Assembly (NCBI RefSeq): GCF_018977255.1
Contig: NW_024704743.1
Location: forward strand, 49,044,001 to 49,108,000
DNA from: Callorhinchus milii
Taxonomy: Eukaryota
Length of the DNA stretch: 64,000 nucleotides
Direction: 5' to 3'
Below, one piece after another: positions 24,320-36,115 of the stretch (its first letter is position 1; each line of letters starts with the position of its first letter). Both the position numbers and the translations under genes were made by a program. Below the pieces are notes generated by a model. That model had not been told where the DNA came from and did not search any database. It worked only from the letters and a program-made list of their open reading frames with translations.

Positions 24320-26178
24320 CTACAATATAGTACAAAACTGTTGTGTATATTTGTCCCAGACTGATCAAGTGCAAATCATATTCTGAATGTAGCAATTTCG
24401 CCTATTGAATGTAGTGGTGCATTGCATTCATTAGCAGCAAAATCCAGTAGTCATCACACAGTGATAATTATCACATTAAACTGTTATAAAGACCATAAAT
24501 TGATCCCCTATACATTTGCAGGGTACAGAAATTCACTTAGGAAATGTTCTCCACTTGAAATCTAAACCATAATATTGAGTGGTGTCAAATGGTGAGCAGT
24601 AAAATTGAGAGAAAAAAAAACAGACATTCCTGTCTTGCTTCACTTCAGTCAAATGTCAGATAATGACACAATCCACACCCATATCATTGAGTCAGCAAGT
24701 TCAGAAAACACACATGTGTGGAGGTCACTGGACGACATGCCACGAGAGAATCCATTTATTTACAAGCCTCTCATCAACAAATGAAAATGACTTAGCACAC
24801 CTTTTATTGTTTGAAAAGGATCTGGGTGCAACGTGTCATTCAAATTGAAATACACCATTCTAGTGCAGGAAAATCATTATGTCATAAAAACATTCCTGCG
24901 CCACGTCAGCATGCATAAAATGATGTGCCTCTTCGGCCAAAAGAAAATAAGAATTAATTCACATATGAGCAGAAAACACAGTCATCACTGGCTGAATAAA
25001 TGGAACAAGGCTTTGTTGCATATGTAAATAGGTTCCAGTATAGTTAAATAGATTGCTTAATAATTCACACAATCAAATGAATCACTTTTTTACCATTCTG
25101 AATGAGATTAGGTGTAATAATTCAAAGAGCAATTACTTTCCTTTATCTAATTTGCAGGGTACAGTAATTAACTTAGGACATTTTCTATACTTGATGTCCA
25201 CATCATAATATTGAGTGGGTACTTGTTGCTTATTGCCAAGGGCGCTGTACAGGATTTTGAAATATCACAGGATATTGTGGGGACTATTGTAATTCAGCAG
25301 TTAACACTGTTGCTAGAATGGTTTTGCTGGAATATATTAATGCTCAAGTGTATCACGCGGTTACACTGTATAATATTGTTACATTGCATCGCTCTAGATT
25401 GCTCAGCTTTGCACTTCAACACTTCACTTGCATCTTGTATTTGTTTCTATTGATATCACAGTGCTTCTTGTGTTAAACATCAAGGGAAAAGTAACAGATG
25501 CCCAAAGTATAAAGCTCAGATCACACTGCGGCCATTCCACTTTCTGTCCTGGTACCTTACATGGTAAATTATGAATAAGGAAATATGAAAACAGAAATCC
25601 ATTCTGATTGCTGGGCAGAAAGAACCCTTTTTATGGAGATTATTTTTCCATAACTACGATATTAGGGAACTGATTTACGAGATTCTCAAAAGGATTTGTA
25701 AATAGCGATTCCTGGATATGCTGCAAACCCCCCTCTGCAATTCTGCGTGGATACTGGTCTCAATTTCGAATTCTGTTAAGTCACATCTGAGCAGCATTCA
25801 CCATTTGCAAATCCTCTGGTGAATCTTGGTGTAATCATATAATAATAGTACAGTAACTCCAAATTATGACCTACTATACTAAATACATTAGAAAAAGAAA
25901 CATTTCACTATAGAACAAAAAGTGCATTGTATTGATGATAGAACTATCACTGATCCACACTATGCTCAAATACACACATCTTCTCCATCTCCTTCAAGAC
26001 TTTTGAATTAATGAATAAACTAATATTTCTTATATAGCTTAACAGTTGTGTTTTTTTAACAACAAAATGGGCTTTACTGTACACTACAATCGATGTCAGG
26101 TCGGTTTCGCATTATCATAAACTGTTCACACAAACTCCTATGCAAATGAGTCTAATTTATCAACCGTATTTTTAATAG

Positions 26179-26885
26179 ACAACAACAACAAAATTACATT
26201 TATATAGCGCCCTTCACATCGGGAGGATGTCCCAAGGAGCTGGACAGATAGAGTTACGGACCCGAGCTGGGGGGTGGTGTGAGGGAGGGTGAAACGCACG
26301 GGGGCAAGCAGGAAGATCAAAAGCACGGTCGAATAGGAGGGTCTTGAGGTGGGTCTTGAAGGTGGCGAAGGGGTGAGAAAGAGGGAGTGCGGGATGGAGT
26401 TCCAGAGGGTGGGTGCAGAGTGGCAGAAGGCCCGCCCACCGATAGTGGGGAAAGTAAGGCAGGGGACATGAAGCTGGCCAGAGCCCTCTGAGTGGAGGGA
26501 GCGAACAGAATGGTAGGGGGTTAGGAGGTCGGAGAGGTAGGGGGAGCAAGATCGTGGAGGGCTTTGAAGGTGAGGACCAGGATCTTAAACTGTATCCTCT
26601 GTGTGATGGGAAGCCAGTGAAGTTGGGCAAGGATGGGGGTGATAGGGTCACGGAGCCTAGTACAGGAGAGGACACGGGCTGCAAAGTTCTGGATGATCTG
26701 CAGCCTATGGAGGGAGGAGTTGGGGAGGCCGACAAGCGTTGAGTTTGCATAGTCGAGCCTCGATGTAATGGAAGCATGTATGAGGGTTTCGGAGGCCTGC
26801 GGTGTGAGACAGTGTCGGAGCCGGGCAACGTTGTGGAGGTGGGGGAAGGCAGAGCAGGTCATGGTGCAGATGTGGGGTAGAAAGG
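26179..26885 (-). mobile_element. L2-clade LINE 3' fragment
   Basis: ORF 26521..26862 ETLIHASITSRLDYAN...LHWLPITQRIQFKILVLTFKALH; (TTG)n tail. Confidence 0.92.
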
Positions 26886-27254
26886 ATAAAAATTTAACTT
26901 TGTCATTTTTATTTCAAGAAGCATGGCTTTCATGTCCAGATCTGCCCAATAAATGGTGATGAATAAATATTCAAGACATGGGCGATGCAAAGGAAACACG
27001 GCTGATATCAATTCACAAAGTACATGATGTCAGAGGTGCTTCTTGCCCACAATTTGTACGCATAGCATTGCAGGAAATGATATCAGCAGTGATCCTGTCA
27101 ACCTAAAAGTTGGCCATTTCCTCACTTACAACACAGCTGCTGAAAGATTTGAGCCAACTGATCGTTTTATAATGGGGCTGACCTGTTTATTAATATTTAT
27201 AGAATTTGTAAATACTGTATCATTTAAATGTAGGAATACTTTTCCAATCCTCAC

Positions 27255-27318
27255 CTGCTTTGATATCTCCCAAGGCTTTGTGACAGCTCCTAAATCACAA
27301 GCCGTCATCAGCATAGAT
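27255..27318 (-). CDS. PDE11A: PDE11A coding exon, 64 nt, (R)SMLMTACDLGAVTKPWEISKQ
   Basis: cttcag|ATCT...CAG|gtgagg. Metal-binding Asp in TACDL; visible in ORF 27126..27314. Confidence 0.97.
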
Positions 27319-28080
27319 CTGAAGTTATCAAAATAAAATTAACAATTATTTCCTGGCAGATCAAGATAAAGGGACAGAACGAGTCCAGAAAACAAGGGAA
27401 ACTCTCTGAACATGGTAGTTACAGCCACAATTTAAAATGATTCATTATATTATCTCTTTGTTTTCCTCTGAAGAAGGAAATGTTCTCTTCCTGCTCCTTC
27501 TGTTTTCGTCAAAACATATATATTTTTTTACTTCATATAATTTGCTCCCATATATGTACTTATTTGTCTAGTGGTTTAACTGGGAGTGAACCCAAAGATA
27601 TGGATAGAAAGCTTTGTAAGTTGACTTAATTTGGAAGTTATTTTTCCGTAGTTCTTATAAATGAAGGTTGAATTTAATAATTTTCCATTCCACAATTCAG
27701 GAATTGCGGAAAATTGGTAAATCTCATCATAATTTGGAAGCTTTCAAATTTAATGCTGAATTTAAGAATTTTCCACAGTCCTGGATGATTTTTAATCTTG
27801 AGATAAAAATAGTCCTAAAGGCTAAGACTAGGTGGACATTTAGGCTTCTGGGTAGTTTAAAGGTAAGTGTTAATATTGGTTTGAAAACAAGCCAAAGTAA
27901 GTCAGCAAAGCTAAACACTAAGCCAACAAGAAGTTATTGTTCTCATTTGATGTGTTGCTTATCTTTTTGAGGTTCAGATTCATTACAGTACAATGGAGTA
28001 TAATTATCTAATCATGTTACTGTATTATGATAATCATATCCCTTTGTGATAAATAAAACAATTTTGGAAGTTTCACTTAC

Positions 28081-28158
28081 CTCAACATTTCCCTGCGCTT
28101 CTCAAGACGCCAGTTGTGCTCTCCAGACATGACATATTCAAAGAACTTTGTGCGCTTC
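28081..28158 (-). CDS. PDE11A: PDE11A coding exon, 78 nt, (E)KRTKFFEYVMSGEHNWRLEKRREML(R)
   Basis: attcag|GAAG...TTGAG|gtaagt. Aligns to PDE11A RRTEFFELVSKGEYDWNIKNHRDIFR; the most diverged exon here. Confidence 0.93.
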
Positions 28159-28740
28159 CTGAATTTAAATGAGAAAAATTAATTATTTTATTGTATCTGT
28201 GTCGAGCAGTAATGCAACATGATAATAAACCCTACATTTGATATGGCACCTTATCATAATGGCAAAACTTCAAAGGATTTATAATAAATACATAATCCTT
28301 GCATTTGATGTAGCTTGTTTCACGCCAGGAGGAGACTTTTCAAAGTGTTTCACAGAATCTTACTGTGAAGTAAATAACTGTGTATTTGTAGACGAACACA
28401 GCTGTCCCACAAACAACCCTACAGCCAGAATGTGGTCAGAAATTGGCCAGAATGTCCAATTTTATCTGGGGGATTGTTGACCTTCTCTTTTTAAGTAGTG
28501 CCATGGCATCCAAATAGGCAGACAGACTTCAATTTTTTTTCGGTCAGCTGGGTGTCTGACACATACGGAAGCCCATCTCCGTGCTTAAGGGTATCCAACC
28601 AAATTGAGAATTCCATGCATCCCACCTACACATGGAAATTCCAGAGACAGATTGTTGGAATGGAATGCGCACTCTCTCCCTGGAGGATAATAATAATAAT
28701 CTTTGCATTTGATATAGTGCTTTATTACATCTTTGAGACA

Positions 28741-28998
28741 TTCCATCTCCATCCCCCAGTGCCTTTGCCTTGCTTCCTCCCTTTCCTCCTTCAAGGCCGG
28801 TCTCAAGACCTTTCTCTTTGACCGTGCCTTCAGCTCCCCTCTCGACTCTCTACCCCCTCCTCACTCCCTCCCTTCCCTCCCCTCACCCTGACCATTTCCT
28901 CCCTGCTCAGATCCTGATCCAACTGTCCAGCGCCTTGGGACGTCCTCCCGATGTGAAAGGCGCTCTATAAATGAAATCTTGTTGTTGTTGTTGTTGTT
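28741..28998 (+). mobile_element. L2 3' end, same subfamily as 16896-18153
   Basis: ccttcaaggccggtctcaagacc...gggacgtcctcccgatgtgaaaggcgctctataaatgaaatc(TTG)n. Confidence 0.88.
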
Positions 28999-28999
28999 G

Positions 29000-29275
29000 A
29001 GACGTCTCAAAGGATGTCAATGACCAATTAATCTGAAGGTTTATTGGCCAGGACACAAGGAGAAACTCCCATCTCTTTTCGAATAGTGCCATAGGATGTT
29101 TAATATCCACCTGAACAAGTAGATGGGACCTCAGTTTAATACCTTATCCAAAGGACGGAACCTCTGACAATCAAACACACCCCAGTCCAAAACTTTGAGC
29201 TCAAAGTCCTGACAAGAGTCTTGAACCTGTAACTTTCTGAGTCAGAGACAAGAGTCTATAAATTGAGTAAGACTG
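29000..29275 (-). mobile_element. Old Deu-domain SINE fragment
   Basis: tggccaggacac...gaatagtgccataggat...cacctgaac...gggacctcagtttaat...ttctgagtcagagacaagagt, as in the other old copies. Confidence 0.6.
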
Positions 29276-30186
29276 ACATCAGAGCTAGGTATGTGGAAAA
29301 TCAGTAGTTTTGCAGGACTTTTGCAAATGTATTTGGAATCTAATCAGGTTAGAACATACCTGAATTGACAACATGTCGTATCCACGTATGATAGTGCTCA
29401 ACATTAGTCAGCATTAATCCTGTCACTGAACGCGATAAAGAAACAGACAGTCTAATTTATCTTTGTGAGCAAGCATACAAACCAAGGTCACCCCAACAGA
29501 ATTTCCAGTGACAGAGACATCATCAATACATCTGATGAATCGCATTGCTTCTTTTTTAGTATTTGGATCTAAAGTGCAGGAATTTGTAACAGGAATCAGA
29601 AATATGAAATTTTGCACCTACCCTAATGAGTCTCAGACCAACCCAGTGGACCTCCGCTCAGATGGTGAGTTAATTTCCGATTTTCATGAAGTTGGATCAC
29701 TCATAAAGAAGTTTCTCAGAATGCAGGAGGAGATTCCCCATAATCAGGATCTGAGCAGAGTTTTACTGGGTCACCTTGAGATGTATCTGGGAAAGTGTTG
29801 GATTTCTAATAGATCTAATATAAAAATATTAACTATAAGTTGCAGACCAATCGCTGGGAACAGGAATGCAAGCTCCATGGTACGTTATACAGTTATAGTT
29901 GTTGGATTCCAGCAATACCCCCAATACACAGTCTAGTCCCCCCAAGCCTTGCCTCTTGCCAATCTGTGTCTAATACACCTCAAAATTAGGTAAGCAGGGT
30001 GTGTCCCTCCAGGGAGAGAGTGCGTATTCCAGACACAGGGAAATTTCCACGTGTAGGTGGCATATATATATATATATATTTAATTTATATATATGTGCGC
30101 GACTCCAGGTCTAGTTTAGACACTCTTAGCTTGTGTCAGATACTTGGTGACAAAAAAAAGTATTTATAATCAATCCAAACACTCAC

Positions 30187-30287
30187 TCAAAATACAACAT
30201 GAGGTCAGTGGACAGTATGGCTTGCTTCAGCAGTTGCATCATATCACTGTACTCTTTGGAAGATAGGTTCGCAAAAATGTTGTGACC
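30187..30287 (-). CDS. PDE11A: PDE11A coding exon, 101 nt, GHNIFANLSSKEYSDMMQLLKQAILSTDLMLYF(E)
   Basis: atttag|GGT...TTTGA|gtgagt. Contains the conserved IL(A/S)TDL motif. Confidence 0.97.
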
Positions 30288-31048
30288 CTAAATTAAAAGG
30301 AAAAAAAATACAGTTTAATGCAAGTCCCTTATACAGAAACTTTGAGTTTGACACAAAGTATGAGACATAGAAATTAAATTGCATTCCTTGGTTTCATTTA
30401 TTTATGTGTTCATTTCAATTTCTCCGATGAATATTTCTTTAAAAAAAAGTTATATTGAGATGAAAATCAGCAAAAAAGTATGTTTTTAAATACAAATACA
30501 CTCCCCGCAGAGAACATAACACATGTGATCCTGTCAAGCTTTGGCCCATCTCCTCATTATAAGTTAATTTTGTTGGCCTAGGGAATTTCAGCCCGCCTAG
30601 ACAGATCAACCCTGGGAAAGCAATTAAAAATTAAATATTACTGTATTATATTACTGTATTAAATACAGTAACATAAAGCAATACAGCAATATAAAGATCA
30701 CATGTGGTCACAAGATTAGTTTGAATGAAGGAACCCCTTCAGTCCACTTAATCTCATTATCAACTCTACGCCTTCTTAACTTTAAATGGTTCCAAACAAA
30801 CAATAGAATCTGGAGTTTGATACAGGGCCTAATATTTATTACAAAACAAATCACTTGCTTCAGGATCTATGAAAATGCTAGGATCCTGAAAGGAACACAC
30901 CAGTTACCTGGAGAGGGTCGCCACCTGCTGGCATTTCTTGAAGATTTTAAGGAATGCTTTAAGGAATATCGCGAATTTTACCCATGTGTTTCTAAATCAA
31001 TTCTTGGCTTGTTTTTTAAAAAAATATTATTTAAATATTATAATTACA

Positions 31049-31236
31049 TTAGTCGATTGGCAGATCACTTTTCCAGGGGTAATAGTCGCTTCAAAAAATA
31101 ATTACAATTGATGTTTTAAAAATAATAATTTGGTCACTTAATCCACGACTATTGGTGGAACACGACTGCGCGCAATTGGCTGCTACGGTTTGCCCACAAA
31201 ACATACAGTCAGTTCACTTTACTGTATATTCTGTGA
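31049..31236 (+). mobile_element. 5'- and 3'-truncated tRNA/Deu SINE (long subfamily)
   Basis: ttagtcgattggcagatcacttttccagggg...aatccacgact...caattggctgc...ttcactttactgtatattctgtga. Confidence 0.8.
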
Positions 31237-31380
31237 GTCAACATTTCAGGTCCATGGCCCTTTGTCAGAAGCCCTTCGTCCACGACCCTTTGTGGACCCG
31301 AAACGTTGACTCACTTTGCTTTCTCCATAGATGCTGCCTGACCTGCTGAGTGTTCCCAGCGACTCCTGCTTTTGTTTTAT
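31233..31380. mobile_element. Penelope-like (PLE) palindromic repeat fragment
   Basis: 22-bp inverted arms at 31233-31254 and 31293-31314 (2 mismatches), then gacccgaaacgttgac...agatgctgcctgacctgctgag, a motif I associate with chondrichthyan PLE repeats. Confidence 0.6.
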
Positions 31381-33419
31381 GTTTATCAGGATTTAACTGA
31401 ACTTTCAGATAACTCCAGATATTGAGAAGCAAAGCAAGTTTGTACATTAAATGTTTGTGGGATGTGGTTCTGGACAACCTTAGGGATTTCTTTTTGATAA
31501 ATTATTCTCAGTTTACTCTTGAAATGAACCTTATTGCCAAATGGTAGTCAGAAGATGTGGTCATTCTGTATGGCACATAGAAGGGTATATGATTTTGTAG
31601 AAGGGTATATGTGTTTTCTTGTGCGGAAGTTGGGACTGTTCAACGCTGAAGCTAACACTTTTTTTTAGGCTAAAAATATCCACATGACATATTTATCGCC
31701 AGTTCAGACTTTCCACTCAATGTTGATGGCTGGTGGCAATGCTTATCAAGCAGAAGATACAATGTCCATGTGACATTTTTAAAGACAAATATCAGCGTTA
31801 AATACTGGCTCTATTTAGCCCAAATTAAAATTGTACTTAGTACCACCAAAGCATTTAAAAAATGCTCTCAGGAGCATAATCTGTTTAAATCAATCAGGCA
31901 ATAGGAGCTACACAACAGCAAGAAGATGCTGATGATGAAACCAGAAGGAGAAAAAGTACGAATTTATGATGCCCTTGTGAATTACTTGGCTCTAACTATC
32001 TGAGGCTATTTGGGCTCAGCAAACAAGCCTTGAGTGAAATATGTTATGAACATTTCACTGCATTTCCATTCTGTTAATAATTACTTTCAATGTGAATAGC
32101 AGCAAGCACTTTTTTTCCCCATTTGCTTCTTTTAGACTTTTGACAGTGTGGACTTATAGTGAGAAATCCTATTGTAAGCATTCACTGTCAAAGGTCAGTC
32201 CATTTATCAATAGGCGAAGAATAATACACACTCGCCACCGAAGGTCATAAATTCACTGACAAGGGGAGAACAAACCCTTAATGCTGAATAAACAGCCATC
32301 AGTCAGTCCAACATGTCCACATTATAATGGTGGTAAAGCATATGAGAAGCTCCAATAAAGAGGCCAAATATATGCAGCACTAGCCACCACAAAACATCTA
32401 AAAACACAAAGGGAAGTACAGATTTGTTTAACAGTAGCAATGCTCCATTCACAATCACAAGTTAAGTTTGTTTCAGACATAGCAACATAGGAACAGGAGT
32501 AGGCCATTCAGCCCCTCCAGCTTGTTCCGCCATTCCATTAGATCATAGCTGATCTGTACTTCAACTCCAAATAAATACATTTTAAATTTTTTTTGATAAA
32601 ATGAAACAATGAGGTGTATTTTCGGTGCATCAGTGGTTAAAACTTTTAGTAGGGAAATTGTTTGTGCAAATCGAGTAATTGATGAGAATGTGGGCATGCT
32701 GTAAGTGATTCTGAACAGCCCTACGATATGCTCTGCTTGAAGTTTAGCACACTATCAAAATGGATTTGCAAACATTGGTTTAGCAGGAAATAAGACTCTT
32801 GACCCTTACAAGAAGTGGTCTGGCCGCTAATTCAAATATGCCAATTGTAAACATCATAGCTATGTTTAGAAAGTGTCAAGAGAAGCCTATAGAGTGGCAC
32901 TGAGGTGACAATTATTCCAGAAATACTTGTTAAGATGTAAGAGATATTCACCTCAGGAAAGCACCCCCTTCTTCTCCCAGCCATATGCTCGAAAACCTGG
33001 CAGCGAATTCTTGACAAACCTTTCTATCTCTCTGAGAGGAGAAGGTAGAAGTCCTGCTTATAATTATTATGGGCACATGACACAAGAAATGTTTGCAAAT
33101 GCTGCGTTCTCATAAAATGAAAAAATATCTTTGTCCAATACTTTTTTCAAGGAACCAGTCTTAGTCTTTCAATTTATAGTCCCAGAGTAACAATTCAGGC
33201 AGGAATAGACCATCAGTCCACCGAGCCTCACATCCAATTACCCAAAAGATTATTTGGATATACTTACCTCTAAATTGAATAATCCTGAAACTTTTATTTG
33301 ATTTTCCCAGTTCCTTTGTACAGTAGTTTCTTGTTCCATGTGCCTATCAATCTTTCACTAATAATATTTCTCCTACATTTCCTATTTGCTCAATTCTTCT
33401 AAATTGAAGATATAATAAG

Positions 33420-33860
33420 AATAATCCTTATCACGTCCAAATGTCTCACAGTGCTTCACAGAGTTTTTTGTAAAGTGTAGAGACTGTGCATTTGCAGGCA
33501 AAAGCTGCAATCAATGTGTGCCCCATAACTTCCCAATAACAAAGTTCAAGATGCTTAAAGGTGCTGTAAAAATACAATTTTTTTTCTTCATGTCTGAAAC
33601 AAAATACTTTACTTGTAAACAGGCATGAAGTGAATGACCAATTGTGTATCTGGGAGATTTTTAAATAGTGCCATGCAATCTTATTATCCATGTGAGGAGG
33701 GTTGATTGAATCTTGGTTCAATGTCTATTATCGAGAATGACAAATGTGACAATGCAGTGCTCTTCCAGCACTGCATTGGAGCACCATCTTAAACTGTGAG
33801 CTAAATGTCCTGATGTGGGGCTTAACCAGCAACCTTCTGATTCAGAGTTGAGATGCTATT
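33420..33860 (-). mobile_element. Old Deu-domain SINE with an internal insertion
   Basis: Tail, decayed Deu region and head (accttctgattcagag) recognisable; ~75 nt of non-SINE sequence at ~33535-33615. Confidence 0.6.
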
Positions 33861-34028
33861 AACAACAACAAGATTCCATTTATAGAGCGCCTTTCACGTC
33901 GGGAGGACGTCCCAAGGCGCTGGACAGTTGGGTCAGGACCCGAGCAGTGGGGGAAATGGTCAGGGTGAGGGGAGGGAAGGGAGGGAGCGAGGAGGGTGTA
34001 GAGAGTCGAGAGGGGAGCTGAAGGCACG
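33861..34028 (-). mobile_element. L2 3' UTR piece
   Basis: Nearly identical to 16896-17067; (TTG)n tail. Confidence 0.9.
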
Positions 34029-34669
34029 TTGCCTGGCTCTGACACTGTCTCACACCGTGGGCCACCGAAACCCTCATACACGCCTTCATTACATCGAGGC
34101 TTAACTATACAATTTCACTGCTTGTCGGCCTTCCCAACTCCTCCCTCCATAGGCTGCAGATCATCCAGAACTCTGCAGCCCATGTCCTCTCCTGCACTAG
34201 GCTCCGTGACCCTATCAGCCCCATCCTTGCTCAACTCCACTGGCTTCCCATCATACAGAGGATACAGTTCAAGATCCTAGTCCTCACCCTCAAAGCCCTC
34301 CACAGTCTTGCTCCCCCCACCTCTCCGACCTCCTAAACCCCTACAACCCTGTTCGCTCCCTCTGCTCAGCGGGCTCCGGCCTGCTTCCCTTCCCCCGCCT
34401 TGCTCGCCCCACTATCGGCGTCAGGCCTTCCGCCACTCTGTACTCTATCCCGCAGTCCCACCACCTCGCCCCCTCCCTCGCCACCTTCAAGACCCACTTC
34501 AAGACCCTCCTCTTCCACTGTGCTTTCGATCTACCTGCTTCCCCCCCCTGCCCTCCCCCCTCCCACATCCTGACCCTCAGCTCGGATCCGTAACTCTGTC
34601 TGTCCAGCGCCTTGGGACATCCTTCCGATGTGAAAGGCACTATACAAATGTAATTTTGTTGTTGTTGTT
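34026..34669 (+). mobile_element. L2 3' fragment, same subfamily as 26179-26885
   Basis: ETLIHAFITSRL...LHWLPIIQRIQFKILVLTLKALH; stem-loop and (TTG)n tail. Confidence 0.9.
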
Positions 34670-35183
34670 TATCTTTAACTCAAAAGCAAGTTGCTGACTC
34701 ACCTTGAGTCTTCAATAGATCAAGTTATGAACATCTAGAAGACATGAAAAGCGCTATATCAAATGTAAGGATGATTATTATTATTATTATTGTTATAACA
34801 TGCCCAAAGTTTAAACATATACGCTGGAGTTTACGATAAACATTTCCATTGTTTCCCTAGAAACTACACGCTTGCAACTGAATTCACAAATTTCAGAAAC
34901 TATCCCAAAAATAAATCTGTAAACTTTGTTTATTATCAATCAAGTTAGGTAGAAAGATGTTTTTTTACTTCCCTAAATGGGGTATTTCACCCCAAAAATG
35001 GGTATTTATTGATGAAAAATATATAGAAACAAACTTTAATGGTCCTTAAAGAGATCCCCTTCCTCGAGTATATTGATAACGGTATGTTTCTCATCAAGCT
35101 TATTGACATTTAAATATTCAAAAAAAAAGAGAAAAAAAACAGAAGGAAGAGAGCCTCAAGCCTTTTTGTGTTGGACTTTAAAT

Positions 35184-36115
35184 CAACAACAACGACAATA
35201 TTACATTTGTATCATGTTGGTAGGACGTCCCAAGGCGCTGGACAGTGAACAACATTTCAAACCCGAGCTGCGGTCAGGGGGGGGAGAAGGGAGGGGAGTG
35301 CAAAGGGGGGTGGCCGATGCATGGTCGAAGAGGAGGGTCTTGAAACGGGACTTGAAGGAGGCTAAGGAGGGGGCGAGGTGGAGTGATTGGGGGATAGAAT
35401 TCCAGAGGTTGGGGGAAGAGTGGCTGAAGGCTCTCCTGCCAATGGTGGGGCGGGTGGGTCGGGGGATGTGGAGCAGGCCAGAGCCGGCTGAGCAGAGGGA
35501 ATGGGCAGGTTGGTAGGAGGTTAGGAGGTCACAGAGGTAGGGTGGGACGAGGCCATGGAGGGCTTTGTATGTGAGGACCAGGATCTTGAACTGGATCCTC
35601 TGAAGGATAGAGAACCAATGGAATCAGGTGAGAGTGGGAGAGATGGTGTCACGGAGTTTGATGCGGGAGAGGACACGAGCTGCAGAGTTCTGGATTATCT
35701 GCAGCCTGTGGAAGGAGGAGTTGGGAAGGCTGACAACCAGGGCATTTGCATAGTGGAGCCTGGAGGTGATGAAGGCATGAACAAGAGTTTCAGTGGCCTG
35801 AGGGGTGAGGTAGTGGTGGAGTCGGGTGATGGTACGGAGGTGAGGGAAGGCAGAGCGGGTCATGGCTTGGATGTGGGGAAGAAAAGACAGTTGAGGGTTG
35901 AACAAGACACCCAGGTTCCTGACTGGCTTGGTGAGTTGAAGTGTGCAACCATGGAGGTTGATGCTGCCAGAGCCTGAGGTGCTGAGGCGCTGGCGCGAGG
36001 CAATCAGGAGGGCCTTAGTCTTGTTCACATTCAACTGTAGGAAATTTGCCCTCATCCAGGACTTGATGTCCGACAGACAGTCTGTCAGGACAGCAGTGGT
36101 CCTGGAGTTGAGGTC
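35184..36115 (-). mobile_element. L2-clade LINE 3' fragment, same subfamily as 12335-13804
   Basis: ORF 35624..36055 MRANFLQLNVNKTKALLI...VRNLGVLF...ETLVHAFITSRL; (TTG)n tail. Confidence 0.92.

Noticed and set aside
30062..30094. (TA)n tract and a small AT-rich hairpin near 30640-30670
   Set aside because: Ordinary microsatellite and slippage products.
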